From the NCBI GenBank assembly GCA_963715865.1, contig OY970280.1, positions 2,048,001 through 2,112,000 on the forward strand: a stretch of DNA of 64,000 nucleotides, given 5' to 3'. Every line of letters begins with the position of its first letter. The stretch's first letter is position 1. The notes under the pieces are model-generated. The model had not been told where the DNA came from, searched no databases, and saw only the letters and a list, made by a program, of their open reading frames with translations. Below, one piece after another: positions 48,971-57,117 of the stretch. Source of the DNA: Candidatus Bathyarchaeota archaeon. Its GTDB lineage: Archaea > Thermoproteota > Bathyarchaeia > Bathyarchaeales > Bathycorpusculaceae. The position numbers and the translations under genes are program-made.

Positions 48971-49192
48971 CTATTTTCCCATGACTTTTCTAGTAGCGAT
49001 CTCAATGTCTTTCGCTTTAATGGTTTTTCTTCGGGCATGCATAGCATAATCAAGTGCTTCTTTAGCAATCTTAACGCCAATCTCCTCGAGAACGTTTGCA
49101 AGCTCCTTCGCTGCTGCTTCACTCACCCTGTCTGCTCCAGCTTTCTTACATAATCTATGCATTGGAGCCACAGCTATTACTAATTCGTTCAT
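48971..49192 (-). CDS. Archaeal histone, copy 2 (variant)
   Basis: 65/73 aa identical to copy 1. Confidence 0.93.
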   Translation of the reverse strand: MNELVIAVAPMHRLCKKAGADRVSEAAAKELANVLEEIGVKIAKEALDYAMHARRKTIKAKDIEIATRKVMGK

Positions 49193-49610
49193 ATCGACTT
49201 CTCCGCAGCCTCTTTTTCTTTTTAAAGCAATATTTAACCTTTGTTATCGCTTTTTCCTCTAAATTAGAAAGCAACATCTTCTTTTTTTGTTTCTAAATTG
49301 ACTCATGTAAGGCTTTTTAGCTCCAAATTACAAGCTATTCGAAATGGAACCATTTAACTGAATAAGAAAGATGCCCTGATTCCCATATTATTTACATTCC
49401 GCTTACGCAATTAATAATTTCTACCTCTGCATCAATTATCATTCACTTCTGAATGGTTTGTCCAAGGCAAGCAATCGAAACCCAGACTCTATTAGAGATT
49501 TCATGGCTTAATTCTTGCGATTTCAATTAAAGAGCCTCAAATACAGCCATTGGCTTTAACAAATTATAAATACAAATTACTGACATATACAAAATCCCGA
49601 GGTTATATCA

Positions 49611-49667
49611 GTGGCGAAGAAACCAGTTAAGAAAGCAGCGAAGAAAGCTCCGGCAAAGAAAAAGTAA
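49611..49667 (+). CDS. 18-aa Lys/Ala/Pro-rich micropeptide MAKKPVKKAAKKAPAKKK
   Basis: GTG start, GAGGT SD at 49599-49603, TTATAAAT at 49564-49571, T-rich tract downstream. Confidence 0.7.
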   Translation: MAKKPVKKAAKKAPAKKK

Positions 49668-49838
49668 AACCTCGGCGTAGGCACATTTACTTCTCTTTTT
49701 TTTCTTTTCTAACGAGATCACTAATCAAAATTTTTAAGCTACAAAGCTAACTATTGTGCAGGTTAGCTATAGCTCTCCCCTGCACTGAAAGGCTTTTGCC
49801 ATTTGCCTTCTATTGGCATCTTCAGCCTATGGCTAATT

Positions 49839-50015
49839 ATGCTTGATTTAACTAGACCTTGTGATGCTTGCGGAAAGATGATTGGTGGCGGCTTCAGGTG
49901 TTGTCCTAAATGCCAAATTTACTTCTGCTTTCTATGCTCATATGAACTAATGTGTAGCCAAAAGAAGTCCCCACTGAAGTGCCCTATGTGCGGTGGAAAG
50001 CTTCTATATCCTTAA
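49839..50015 (+). CDS. Small Cys-rich zinc-finger protein
   Basis: CDAC...CCPKC...CFLC...CPMCGG. Confidence 0.7.
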   Translation: MLDLTRPCDACGKMIGGGFRCCPKCQIYFCFLCSYELMCSQKKSPLKCPMCGGKLLYP

Positions 50016-50117
50016 AGCAGTATTTTAGCCTAGTTTTCATTGGTGGGTCGACAAGATTCAAAATGTCAGTAGCAAAAGTGAGATAACCTTAAGAGCTAAA
50101 AATATCGAGTTATTGAT

Positions 50118-51158
50118 ATGCAAGAAAAAGAAGGCTCACGCGAACTTTTTATCTCTTATTCAACTGAAGATAAAGAATCAATTGCTAGACCCGTTGCTAA
50201 CGCATTAGTTAGGCAAGATTTTTCTGTTTGGTTTGATGAGTTTGAACTAAAAATTGGAGATAGCATTCGTGAATCAATCGATAAGGGGCTATCCCAATCT
50301 TCTTATGGCGTTGTGATTTTAAGCCCAAGTTATTTCGAAAGATATTGGACAATGGCTGAATTGAATGCCTTGGCAGCTCGTGAGAGCAATGGTAAGAAAG
50401 TAATCCTTCCTGTTTGGCATAACGTGGATAAAGATTACGTTCTGAAAAAGTCTCCTCTATTAGCAGATAGGTTTGCTGCTCGTTCCTCAGATGGAGTTGA
50501 AAACATAGTGCGAATGATTTCTGCTAAAATTAGGAAGGATGCCCCCGGTACAGTTATGGCTGAAATGGAAGGCATTCTTAGTGCTTTAGAAAATAAAAAA
50601 ATAGAAGAAATGAAGCAAGTAATTTCACAGGAGGATTTCGCCAAATTAAGAAAAGAATATAGAAATGTGCTTTGTGGCATAGGCTTTTTTGATATTAGTC
50701 CTACACCATCCAACATTAACATTTTTAGGTATTTGAGAGAGGCTATCGTTAATCGACCTGAAAACGAAGCTAAGGCGCTTTTTGAAGTTCTCTTAGAGTG
50801 GTATGTTGAAACGACAACCCCTTTTTCGAATGAGATGCTGTTGGAAATCTTTTCGGGTTTGGTTAAATTGCCTTTTGCCAAGGATGCTGTTAGGGAGAAG
50901 AAATTCTCAAAGTTGTTTGTTACCGAATTTGGGAAGAGTCATAATTGGGATAGGGCACTCATAACAACTCAAATTCTAGTTAATATTCAATCATTACTGT
51001 CTAAAAGCGAAAAAGCGAGAATCGTCGAATATATAATCTCTAATGATCAAATATACAGTTCATATGCAGCAAAAGGTTACTTGCAAAAGCTTCTGGATTA
51101 TTTTGAGGGCGATGTTGATCCGGGAAGACTTGATTCAGCAAGGAAATCGCTTGGATAG
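50118..51158 (+). CDS. TIR-domain protein with helical (ARM/HEAT-like) C-terminus
   Basis: LFISYS..D, VWFDEFEL, WTMAEL (catalytic Glu), ILPVWH. Confidence 0.9.
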   Translation: MQEKEGSRELFISYSTEDKESIARPVANALVRQDFSVWFDEFELKIGDSIRESIDKGLSQSSYGVVILSPSYFERYWTMAELNALAARESNGKKVILPVWHNVDKDYVLKKSPLLADRFAARSSDGVENIVRMISAKIRKDAPGTVMAEMEGILSALENKKIEEMKQVISQEDFAKLRKEYRNVLCGIGFFDISPTPSNINIFRYLREAIVNRPENEAKALFEVLLEWYVETTTPFSNEMLLEIFSGLVKLPFAKDAVREKKFSKLFVTEFGKSHNWDRALITTQILVNIQSLLSKSEKARIVEYIISNDQIYSSYAAKGYLQKLLDYFEGDVDPGRLDSARKSLG

Positions 51159-51271
51159 ATACTGTCGGAAAAAGTTTGTGCAATCAAATCTTGATTCAAT
51201 AGCAAAGTTTATTTTTAAAACCGCTGGGGTAGCCATTTGTTAGGAACTTATTGCATCGTTCTTGATTGTTG

Positions 51272-51955
51272 CTATTCAAAATTCTTGTATTTTCGAATGT
51301 AGTTACATAGCTCATAGATTTCACGACTATATACTAGACAGTTGTAAACGTCACATTCGTTTTTCCGAAAATATTGTAGAGCATGCTCCAAACTCTCTTC
51401 AGGTGGCAATTCACCGTTAGCTCTTAGGGTATAGAAGTATTGTCCTTTTCCATCAAACCAGAATTCCTCAACTTGAGGTTTATATATTAAACCGAATTTG
51501 CTGTATGTAGAAAGAGTTCCAAGCTCTACTACTATGTACTTTTCCGAATCCATTTTCCCAAGAACATCAACTTTATTGCCACCATAAAACCATTCTTCAA
51601 TTTGAATTTTATCAAAAGGAATTCTTTTGTATTTATTTAAGCAATGTATAGCCTGATGCAGGTTTTCATGACTACCTTGCTTTATAGACCCATCTTTGAA
51701 ACCCCTAGATTGAGGAGTCTCCCAATAACCACAATCATAAACGGTTCGTGAGCTATCATTGTCTTTTCTTTTCTTCTCGACAATCTCACTAATGAATGAA
51801 ATAGAACTTATCTTCCAATATTGTTTCCTTACAATCTTACTTAACCATTCGATGTAGCATGGTGTAAGACGACAATCCCATCCAATATCAAAAATTTGTA
51901 TTATTGCATCGTGATTATTCTTTATGTTAGCTGTTCCCATGTTGGTTATTTTCAT
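51272..51955 (-). CDS. Hypothetical protein with possible PD-(D/E)xK nuclease-like C-terminus
   Basis: HENL...IEEW...KVDVLG...YIVVELGT. Confidence 0.65.
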   Translation of the reverse strand: MKITNMGTANIKNNHDAIIQIFDIGWDCRLTPCYIEWLSKIVRKQYWKISSISFISEIVEKKRKDNDSSRTVYDCGYWETPQSRGFKDGSIKQGSHENLHQAIHCLNKYKRIPFDKIQIEEWFYGGNKVDVLGKMDSEKYIVVELGTLSTYSKFGLIYKPQVEEFWFDGKGQYFYTLRANGELPPEESLEHALQYFRKNECDVYNCLVYSREIYELCNYIRKYKNFE

Positions 51956-51959
51956 ACTA

Positions 51960-51975
51960 TGCAGATTTAAGACTT
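51960..51975 (-). promoter_or_regulatory. 16-bp repeated promoter-like module AAGTCTTAAATCTGCA, copy 1
   Basis: Identical at 52354-52369; one mismatch at 53228-53243. Confidence 0.6.
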
Positions 51976-52321
51976 ATTGCCACCAATGCTTTTTCGGTTC
52001 AATAAAGAGAACTCTGTCATTTTGCGTTAATTCGCAAACCTTATTCAAACCGTATTTTTCGACTTTCACTTCATAAGAGCCCTCTGCAAGTTCAGCAGTT
52101 ACGTTACCATTATTGTCGGTATTCATCGAGAGTATCAACTTTTTAAATGGAGTTCCATTTTTGAGATTTTCAGCCCATTGTTTGAGCGTTATTGGTGTCT
52201 TTTCCAATCTGAAAACTTTAACGTTAACATCCTTGATTGGTTTATTTCCTTGAAAATTCACCACTCTTACAACAATCACATAAGTCTTTTCTAAAGCGAC
52301 AGCAACTTCTTGTGTGTCCAA
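51974..52321 (-). CDS. Small beta-sandwich (carboxypeptidase-regulatory/transthyretin-like) protein
   Basis: VVRVVN..GNKPIKDVNVKV...TDNNGNVTAELAEGSYEVKVEK. Confidence 0.7.
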   Translation of the reverse strand: MDTQEVAVALEKTYVIVVRVVNFQGNKPIKDVNVKVFRLEKTPITLKQWAENLKNGTPFKKLILSMNTDNNGNVTAELAEGSYEVKVEKYGLNKVCELTQNDRVLFIEPKKHWWQ

Positions 52322-52353
52322 TGTAAAACCCTGAATAATTTTATTCTGTAACT

Positions 52354-52369
52354 TGCAGATTTAAGACTT
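52354..52369 (-). promoter_or_regulatory. 16-bp repeated promoter-like module, copy 2
   Basis: Identical to 51960-51975. Confidence 0.6.
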
Positions 52370-52691
52370 TTGAACAGAGGATCGGTTAACTCATAGCTGG
52401 CTGAATGCGTCCCTCTTAACGGTTGGATTGCGTGCGACAACAATAAACTTTTCCCAATGTTTAAGCCATTGGTCGCTGATGCTAAAAGTTTATCGTTGGC
52501 GCTTAATTTTCAACGCATCAACAAAAAAAATTACATAGCGGTTCTTGACTGCGTTGCCCTCACTCAAACGGGCAATAAACAAGAACTAAATGAGCGGACT
52601 CGCAAGACCGCGCATTTGAGCTGTCTTGACAGCTCCTCGTAAAATTATTAAGCAAAAGTTCTTTCTGGCATCTCTTTTTTGCAAGAAAGAG

Positions 52692-52750
52692 TGCTTAGGT
52701 TGGCGTTCGTGCGAAGCGGGCGAAGCCCGCTGAGCCTTTCCTTGTTAGCA
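52692..52750 (+). other. 59-bp attC-like imperfect palindrome
   Basis: TGCTTAG...GTTCGTGC...GCGGGCGAAGCCCGC...GCTGAGC...GTTAGCA. Confidence 0.3.
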
Positions 52751-52849
52751 TAAATACAAAACTTCACGTTTTGCTTAGAACTGAGATAATAAACTTGTTA
52801 ATTTTCAGAGCCAACGCTACTTAATCGATAGTATTAGATTTGAAGCTCA

Positions 52850-53056
52850 TCATCTGCAGAAGTATTCTAGTGGAGCATACCAGTAGACCGTGAATGTTTT
52901 TTTGCAATCTTGGTTTTTGCACCTTACTTTCTTTTGAATGATTTTGCCATGGGAACCTTTTTGTGTTGGCTTTGCTGATGAGAATGCTGAGTGGAGTTTA
53001 TCAGGCGCTTCGACTTCAAGGATTTCATTGCAGGATGGGCATTCAAGAACAGCCAT
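52850..53056 (-). CDS. Small zinc-ribbon protein
   Basis: CPSC...CKNQDC; own AT-rich promoter. Confidence 0.75.
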   Translation of the reverse strand: MAVLECPSCNEILEVEAPDKLHSAFSSAKPTQKGSHGKIIQKKVRCKNQDCKKTFTVYWYAPLEYFCR

Positions 53057-53227
53057 AATGCACCATCTGTATTATTAATACGCTGAACTTTATTATAAAT
53101 CCTGATGTTCTCGGAGGAATGTATTTTCGTTTGTTTTGGTTCTTGTTTCTGAGCCAGAAAGCGCCTGTTCCAACGTGCTTATGCGTCTTTCTAAGGATTT
53201 GAGTGCTTTTTGGCTATTTCTATGCTG

Positions 53228-53243
53228 TGCAGATTAAAGACTT
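53228..53243 (-). promoter_or_regulatory. 16-bp repeated promoter-like module, copy 3 (one mismatch)
   Basis: TGCAGATTAAAGACTT on the plus strand. Confidence 0.5.
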
Positions 53244-53330
53244 TTTAATTAGGCAAAAAACCAAAAACGCCCAAGAGGCAGGAGCTATATTGGCTTAAAA
53301 AAGAAACAATTTTGATGCAAAGTTCTTACA

Positions 53331-53537
53331 TCATCTTGCGAGAACTCTCTTTACTACTGGCGGTTTCGTCTTCTTTAAAACTCTGTATCCGCATACGATA
53401 CATTTGATTTCGCCGCCTCTCTCATCAATGTTTTCGCCCATCGTGGTTGCTCCGCACCGAAGGCACTCGTAAGATTGATTTCCTCCCAAATTTCTACGTG
53501 GGCTTCTACCATATTCGAACATGTTCAAATTTTCCAT
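53331..53537 (-). CDS. rpoP: RNA polymerase subunit P (Rpo12) homologue
   Basis: YECLRCG...GGEIKCIVCGYRVLKKTKPPVVKRVLAR; start set at MENLN. Confidence 0.82.
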   Translation of the reverse strand: MENLNMFEYGRSPRRNLGGNQSYECLRCGATTMGENIDERGGEIKCIVCGYRVLKKTKPPVVKRVLAR

Positions 53538-53574
53538 TTTTTTCATATCATTACTTAAGCAATTATTTACCATC

Positions 53575-53697
53575 CTACTTATGCCTACCTTTCTTATACT
53601 TCCCCATGCCACAATCAAGACACTTAACGACATCTTCATCTTCTTCAAGGCGAGTGCTACCACAATAAGAACACCTTGGACATAAAACGTTATTCAA
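53575..53697 (-). CDS. 40-aa TFIIB/TFB-type zinc-ribbon micropeptide
   Basis: Manual translation MNNVLCPRCSYCGSTRLEEDEDVVKCLDCGMGKYKKGRHK (TTG start). Confidence 0.65.
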   Translation of the reverse strand: MNNVLCPRCSYCGSTRLEEDEDVVKCLDCGMGKYKKGRHK

Positions 53698-53737
53698 TTT
53701 TTTCTCTGTTGTTATTTGGCTTCACTCTTTGTAGTTG

Positions 53738-53878
53738 TTATTTAGTTTCACCCTTCTTCTTGGTGTCCGTATAGGTTTTCTTTTTCACTTTCTTTCTAAT
53801 CGGGCAATTAAGTCGAATACTCGATTTGCACCTGCGACAGTTCTTAACTAAACCTGCTCTATATTGACACATTTTCAT
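53738..53878 (-). CDS. 46-aa basic Cys4 micropeptide
   Basis: MKMCQYRAGLVKNCRRCKSSIRLNCPIRKKVKKKTYTDTKKKGETK; GAGGT SD; ATGA overlap with upstream ORF. Confidence 0.6.
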   Translation of the reverse strand: MKMCQYRAGLVKNCRRCKSSIRLNCPIRKKVKKKTYTDTKKKGETK

Positions 53879-54039
53879 TTACCTCTTTTCTCATGTTTAC
53901 ACTCATTGCTCTTATGTTTATACTCATTGCTTTTTTTAGCTATGAAGCATTCGTATTCTGGATAGTGACCGTTCCGCATCTTCGGGTTAACTGAACAAGT
54001 CTTAAAAGTGTGGCAGTTAGGACATATTCGTTTTATCAT
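53875..54039 (-). CDS. 54-aa Cys-rich micropeptide
   Basis: MIKRICPNCHTFKTCSVNPKMRNGHYPEYECFIAKKSNEYKHKSNECKHEKRGK; AGGTGA SD. Confidence 0.65.
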   Translation of the reverse strand: MIKRICPNCHTFKTCSVNPKMRNGHYPEYECFIAKKSNEYKHKSNECKHEKRGK

Positions 54040-54060
54040 TTTTTTCACCTGCCTACCTTT

Positions 54061-54240
54061 TCACCTAAAATTTAATGAGTTGCTTAAATTTTCTCGGAAA
54101 ATGAAGGCTTCACCTTGACCTTTTAACCAGCGTTGAAAATATTTATTTTTGCCTTCAAGCCATCGTTCAACTTCAGATTGTTGCTCCAGAATGGCTCTAT
54201 CTGGGATTTGCGCCTCAATTAAGTCACTATTTTGTTCCAT
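54061..54240 (-). CDS. 59-aa micropeptide, first gene of the micro-ORF operon
   Basis: MEQNSDLIEAQIPDRAILEQQSEVERWLEGKNKYFQRWLKGQGEAFIFRENLSNSLNFR; TATA about 20 nt upstream. Confidence 0.55.
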   Translation of the reverse strand: MEQNSDLIEAQIPDRAILEQQSEVERWLEGKNKYFQRWLKGQGEAFIFRENLSNSLNFR

Positions 54241-54259
54241 GACTTACGTACAAGGAGGA

Positions 54260-54276
54260 TATTTAAATAGTTTTTG
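54260..54276 (-). promoter_or_regulatory. BRE/TATA promoter for the micro-ORF operon (leaderless)
   Basis: CAAAAAC-TATTTAAATA on the minus strand. Confidence 0.55.
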
Positions 54277-54508
54277 AAACGCTCACTTTGATAAATTAAA
54301 GTTTATTTATGGTACAATACAATGACTATATTAGGCTTAAACGTTTTAGAAGTGGTTTTTGTTGCCTAGCCAGAAGAACTCCCAATTCAACATAACCAGC
54401 GGCATGGTGCGGGGGGACCAGCGGAAAAGCCACTTAAAACTTATCTGGTTGAGGAAAGAGAAAATTTCGTGTTTATCGATTTATAGAAGATAAGCAAAAA
54501 AGAAAATA

Positions 54509-55087
54509 TTATTTTTCTTGTTCCAGTTCTATTCGGCATTCGTCACAGATGTTTTGTCCGTTTCGTTCCATCAAGTTTTCAGAGTACATGTTGCAGCGGT
54601 CGCAGTATCCAGAGAGAGGAACCTCTTCAGTTTCTTCAGTTCGGGCAGCGCCTTCGATACGTGACTTTTCCTGGATCATCTCTATTAGTTCAGGCATTAC
54701 GCCTAGGATGTCTTTGCTTGAGATTATTCCGACAAGGTTGCCTTTGTAAATCACGCCGAGCCGTCTAATGTCCAGCCTGTTCATTCTTCGAGCTGCTTCA
54801 CTTATTGTTGCATCAGGTTCAATTGTTACCAATGGGGTTGTCATGATTTCTTTGGTATTAACTGTATCAGGCTTGAGGTTTTTAGCTAAAACCCTAATCA
54901 CCAAGTCTCGCTCGGTAATAATGCCTATTGATTTTCCAGCTTTATTCGTGACTATTACGCAGCCTAAATCGTTTTTATCCATAACAACGGCTGCTTTGTT
55001 TGAAGTTTCATCTTCATTCATGGTTACAACTGGGCTGCTCATCACGTCTTTTACCAGCATTCTTGTTCTCAATCCAATTTCAGACAT
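54509..55087 (-). CDS. CBS-pair protein with C-terminal zinc ribbon
   Basis: VKDVMSSP, IGIITERD, CDRC...CDEC. Confidence 0.9.
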   Translation of the reverse strand: MSEIGLRTRMLVKDVMSSPVVTMNEDETSNKAAVVMDKNDLGCVIVTNKAGKSIGIITERDLVIRVLAKNLKPDTVNTKEIMTTPLVTIEPDATISEAARRMNRLDIRRLGVIYKGNLVGIISSKDILGVMPELIEMIQEKSRIEGAARTEETEEVPLSGYCDRCNMYSENLMERNGQNICDECRIELEQEK

Positions 55088-55218
55088 CCTAAATTTCACT
55101 TCCAACAATTTGGATAGGCTTAGCTTCACTGCAACAATAAAGAAACGCATAATTTAAGATTTGCTTAAATGAAAGGCATTCTATGAAGTTTTATTAGACT
55201 CCTTGCGGATAGGACACA

Positions 55219-56127
55219 ATGCCCAAAGAGGAATACCTTATGCTTCGAACAAACACTGAAAAACTCATAAAAATATCAGTCATGGGTGAAATAGCCAGCC
55301 CAACAATCAGGTCAGTCTACAACGTTTCGGCAACAGGAAAACCGCTAGTGTTACCCGGAGTAGGCGGCATAACCTATAATCTAAGAGTAGGCGATCCAGC
55401 ATGCGGGTGGGAAGCTGACCATGTGGAGCCAGGCGTTAGCGTGGAAAACAAGGAAAACGATGCCCGCTCAGGGCAGGCTGCTAACACGGCATTCAACGTT
55501 CTATCATGCGTTGGAAACGAAGCAACAGTAGTAAATGGCGACGCGAAAGACGCTAAGGGAACTGTCACAGGCAAGCACGGTGGAATCGAGCATGTGTTGG
55601 TTGATTTTCCCGCGGAAGCTTTGGAGAAGCTTGTGCTTGGAGATAGGATTCTTGTGAAAGCTTTCGGAGTAGGCTTAAAACTGGTTGATTTCCCAGAAAT
55701 TAAAGTCTTGAATATGGATCCCATGTTGCTTGAGGCGTGGAACCCCAAACCGAAAGGTGATAAATTGGAGGTGCCTGTTACGCATATTGTTCCAGCGGCT
55801 ATCATGGGTTCAGGTTTAGGTTCTAATCAGGTTAATTCGGGGGATTACGATATTCAATTGTTCGATGAAGCAGTCGTTGAGCAGTATGGGCTGGAAAACT
55901 TGAGGCTTGGCGATTTAGTGGCTATCATTGACGCGGACCACTCGTTTGGCAGAATTTACCGTCAAGGCGCTGTTTCAGTCGGCGTAGTAGTCCATACGAA
56001 TTGTGTTACGGCAGGACATGGTCCTGGAGTTACAACTTTGATGACGTCGCCTGATGGAAAAATTATCCCTCAAATAAATCTGAAAGCAAACATTGCCTCT
56101 CTCTTAAAGTTACGGGCAGATATATAA
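55219..56127 (+). CDS. DUF4438-family protein
   Basis: PGVGGITYN, DHVEPGVS, GKHGGIEHV, SGDYDI, AGHGPGVT. Confidence 0.85.
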   Translation: MPKEEYLMLRTNTEKLIKISVMGEIASPTIRSVYNVSATGKPLVLPGVGGITYNLRVGDPACGWEADHVEPGVSVENKENDARSGQAANTAFNVLSCVGNEATVVNGDAKDAKGTVTGKHGGIEHVLVDFPAEALEKLVLGDRILVKAFGVGLKLVDFPEIKVLNMDPMLLEAWNPKPKGDKLEVPVTHIVPAAIMGSGLGSNQVNSGDYDIQLFDEAVVEQYGLENLRLGDLVAIIDADHSFGRIYRQGAVSVGVVVHTNCVTAGHGPGVTTLMTSPDGKIIPQINLKANIASLLKLRADI

Positions 56128-56177
56128 GAAAGTTTATTCCATATTTGGGAGATAAGGAAAAAAAGAGGTTAAAATAG

Positions 56178-56471
56178 TTGCCATCTAAGCGAAAAAGCCG
56201 AGGAAGATCGAAAGGAAGCAAAGGCAGTAGCAGCCTCGTTCAATGCGCCAATTGTGGGGCAATGGTGCCGCGGGATAAAGCAAAGAGAAACACTCGCCGC
56301 GTTTCATTTGTTGAGCCTCAGTTAGCTAAGGAGCTTAGGCAAAAAGGCACATTCTTAGCTTCTTGGGTGGACACTAAATATTACTGTATTTCATGCGCTG
56401 TGCATCGTGGTATCGTTAAGGTTAGAGCCGAAAACGAAAGGCATTCAAGAGGTTATAAAAGAAGATACTAA
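56178..56471 (+). CDS. rps26e: 30S ribosomal protein S26e
   Basis: KRKSRGRSKG..VQCANCG..VPRDKAK..YCISCAVH.GIVKVR. Confidence 0.95.
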   Translation: MPSKRKSRGRSKGSKGSSSLVQCANCGAMVPRDKAKRNTRRVSFVEPQLAKELRQKGTFLASWVDTKYYCISCAVHRGIVKVRAENERHSRGYKRRY

Positions 56472-56475
56472 GCGG

Positions 56476-57117
56476 CTACACTATTTTTTTCTTTAGTTCC
56501 TTGTAAACGTGAAGTGCTCTTTGTATAACGGTTAGGTTTGCAAGCACCGCCAACAAGAATATACCATAACCTAAGGCTGGTAACCAGAAAAACGCCACTA
56601 TGCTCACGGCGGCTAAAATAAGCATGCGTTCTGCTCTTTCGGCCAAACCCACTGACTCCATTTTTATTCCAACTGCTTCAGCCCTTGCCCGACTATAACT
56701 AACCAGCAAGGAACCTGCTAAAGCTGCTAAGCCCCAAATTGGGCCCCAAGTTGGACCCCAAGCCGGGTTGCACAATCCAGCGATTATTATTCCTGCGTAT
56801 ACGGATGCGTCCGCGTACCTGTCAAGCAGAGAATCCAGGAAGCCGCCAAGTACGGTTGCTTGCTGATAGTTTCTAGCTATAATTCCGTCCAATGTGTCGC
56901 AGAATCCTGAGGCTAAAAGGAAAAACGTTGCTAGGAGAAGAAGCCATGAGGGTTGATTGGGAGTAAACGCGTATACTGCAGCTGACGATAATGCAAGAAT
57001 GAATCCTATGATGCTTACTTTGTTGGGAGTTAAGCCTATCTTATGTGCGGCTTTTGCTTGGGAAGTTAGCATTTGCTGAACTTTTTTCTTAAGTTTAGTA
57101 AGCAAGTTAACTCTCAA
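56476..57117 (-). CDS. CDP-alcohol phosphatidyltransferase (archaetidylinositol phosphate synthase-like)
   Basis: DTLDGIIAR...GGFLDSLLDRYAD; SYSRARAE. Confidence 0.9.
   Translation of the reverse strand: MRVNLLTKLKKKVQQMLTSQAKAAHKIGLTPNKVSIIGFILALSSAAVYAFTPNQPSWLLLLATFFLLASGFCDTLDGIIARNYQQATVLGGFLDSLLDRYADASVYAGIIIAGLCNPAWGPTWGPIWGLAALAGSLLVSYSRARAEAVGIKMESVGLAERAERMLILAAVSIVAFFWLPALGYGIFLLAVLANLTVIQRALHVYKELKKKIV

Noticed and set aside
51221-51245. Second attC-like half site (CCGCTG...GTTAGGA) after the TIR gene
   Set aside because: No complementary R''/L'' arm upstream
53885-53931. 21-bp imperfect tandem repeat
   Set aside because: In-frame internal duplication (SNEYKHK/SNECKHE) within a micro-ORF, not a separate element
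54405-54424. tRNA 3'-end-like TGGTGCGGGGGG between ACCAGCGG repeats at the island's right edge
   Set aside because: No T-loop at the right spacing and no match to the left-edge remnant; may be chance
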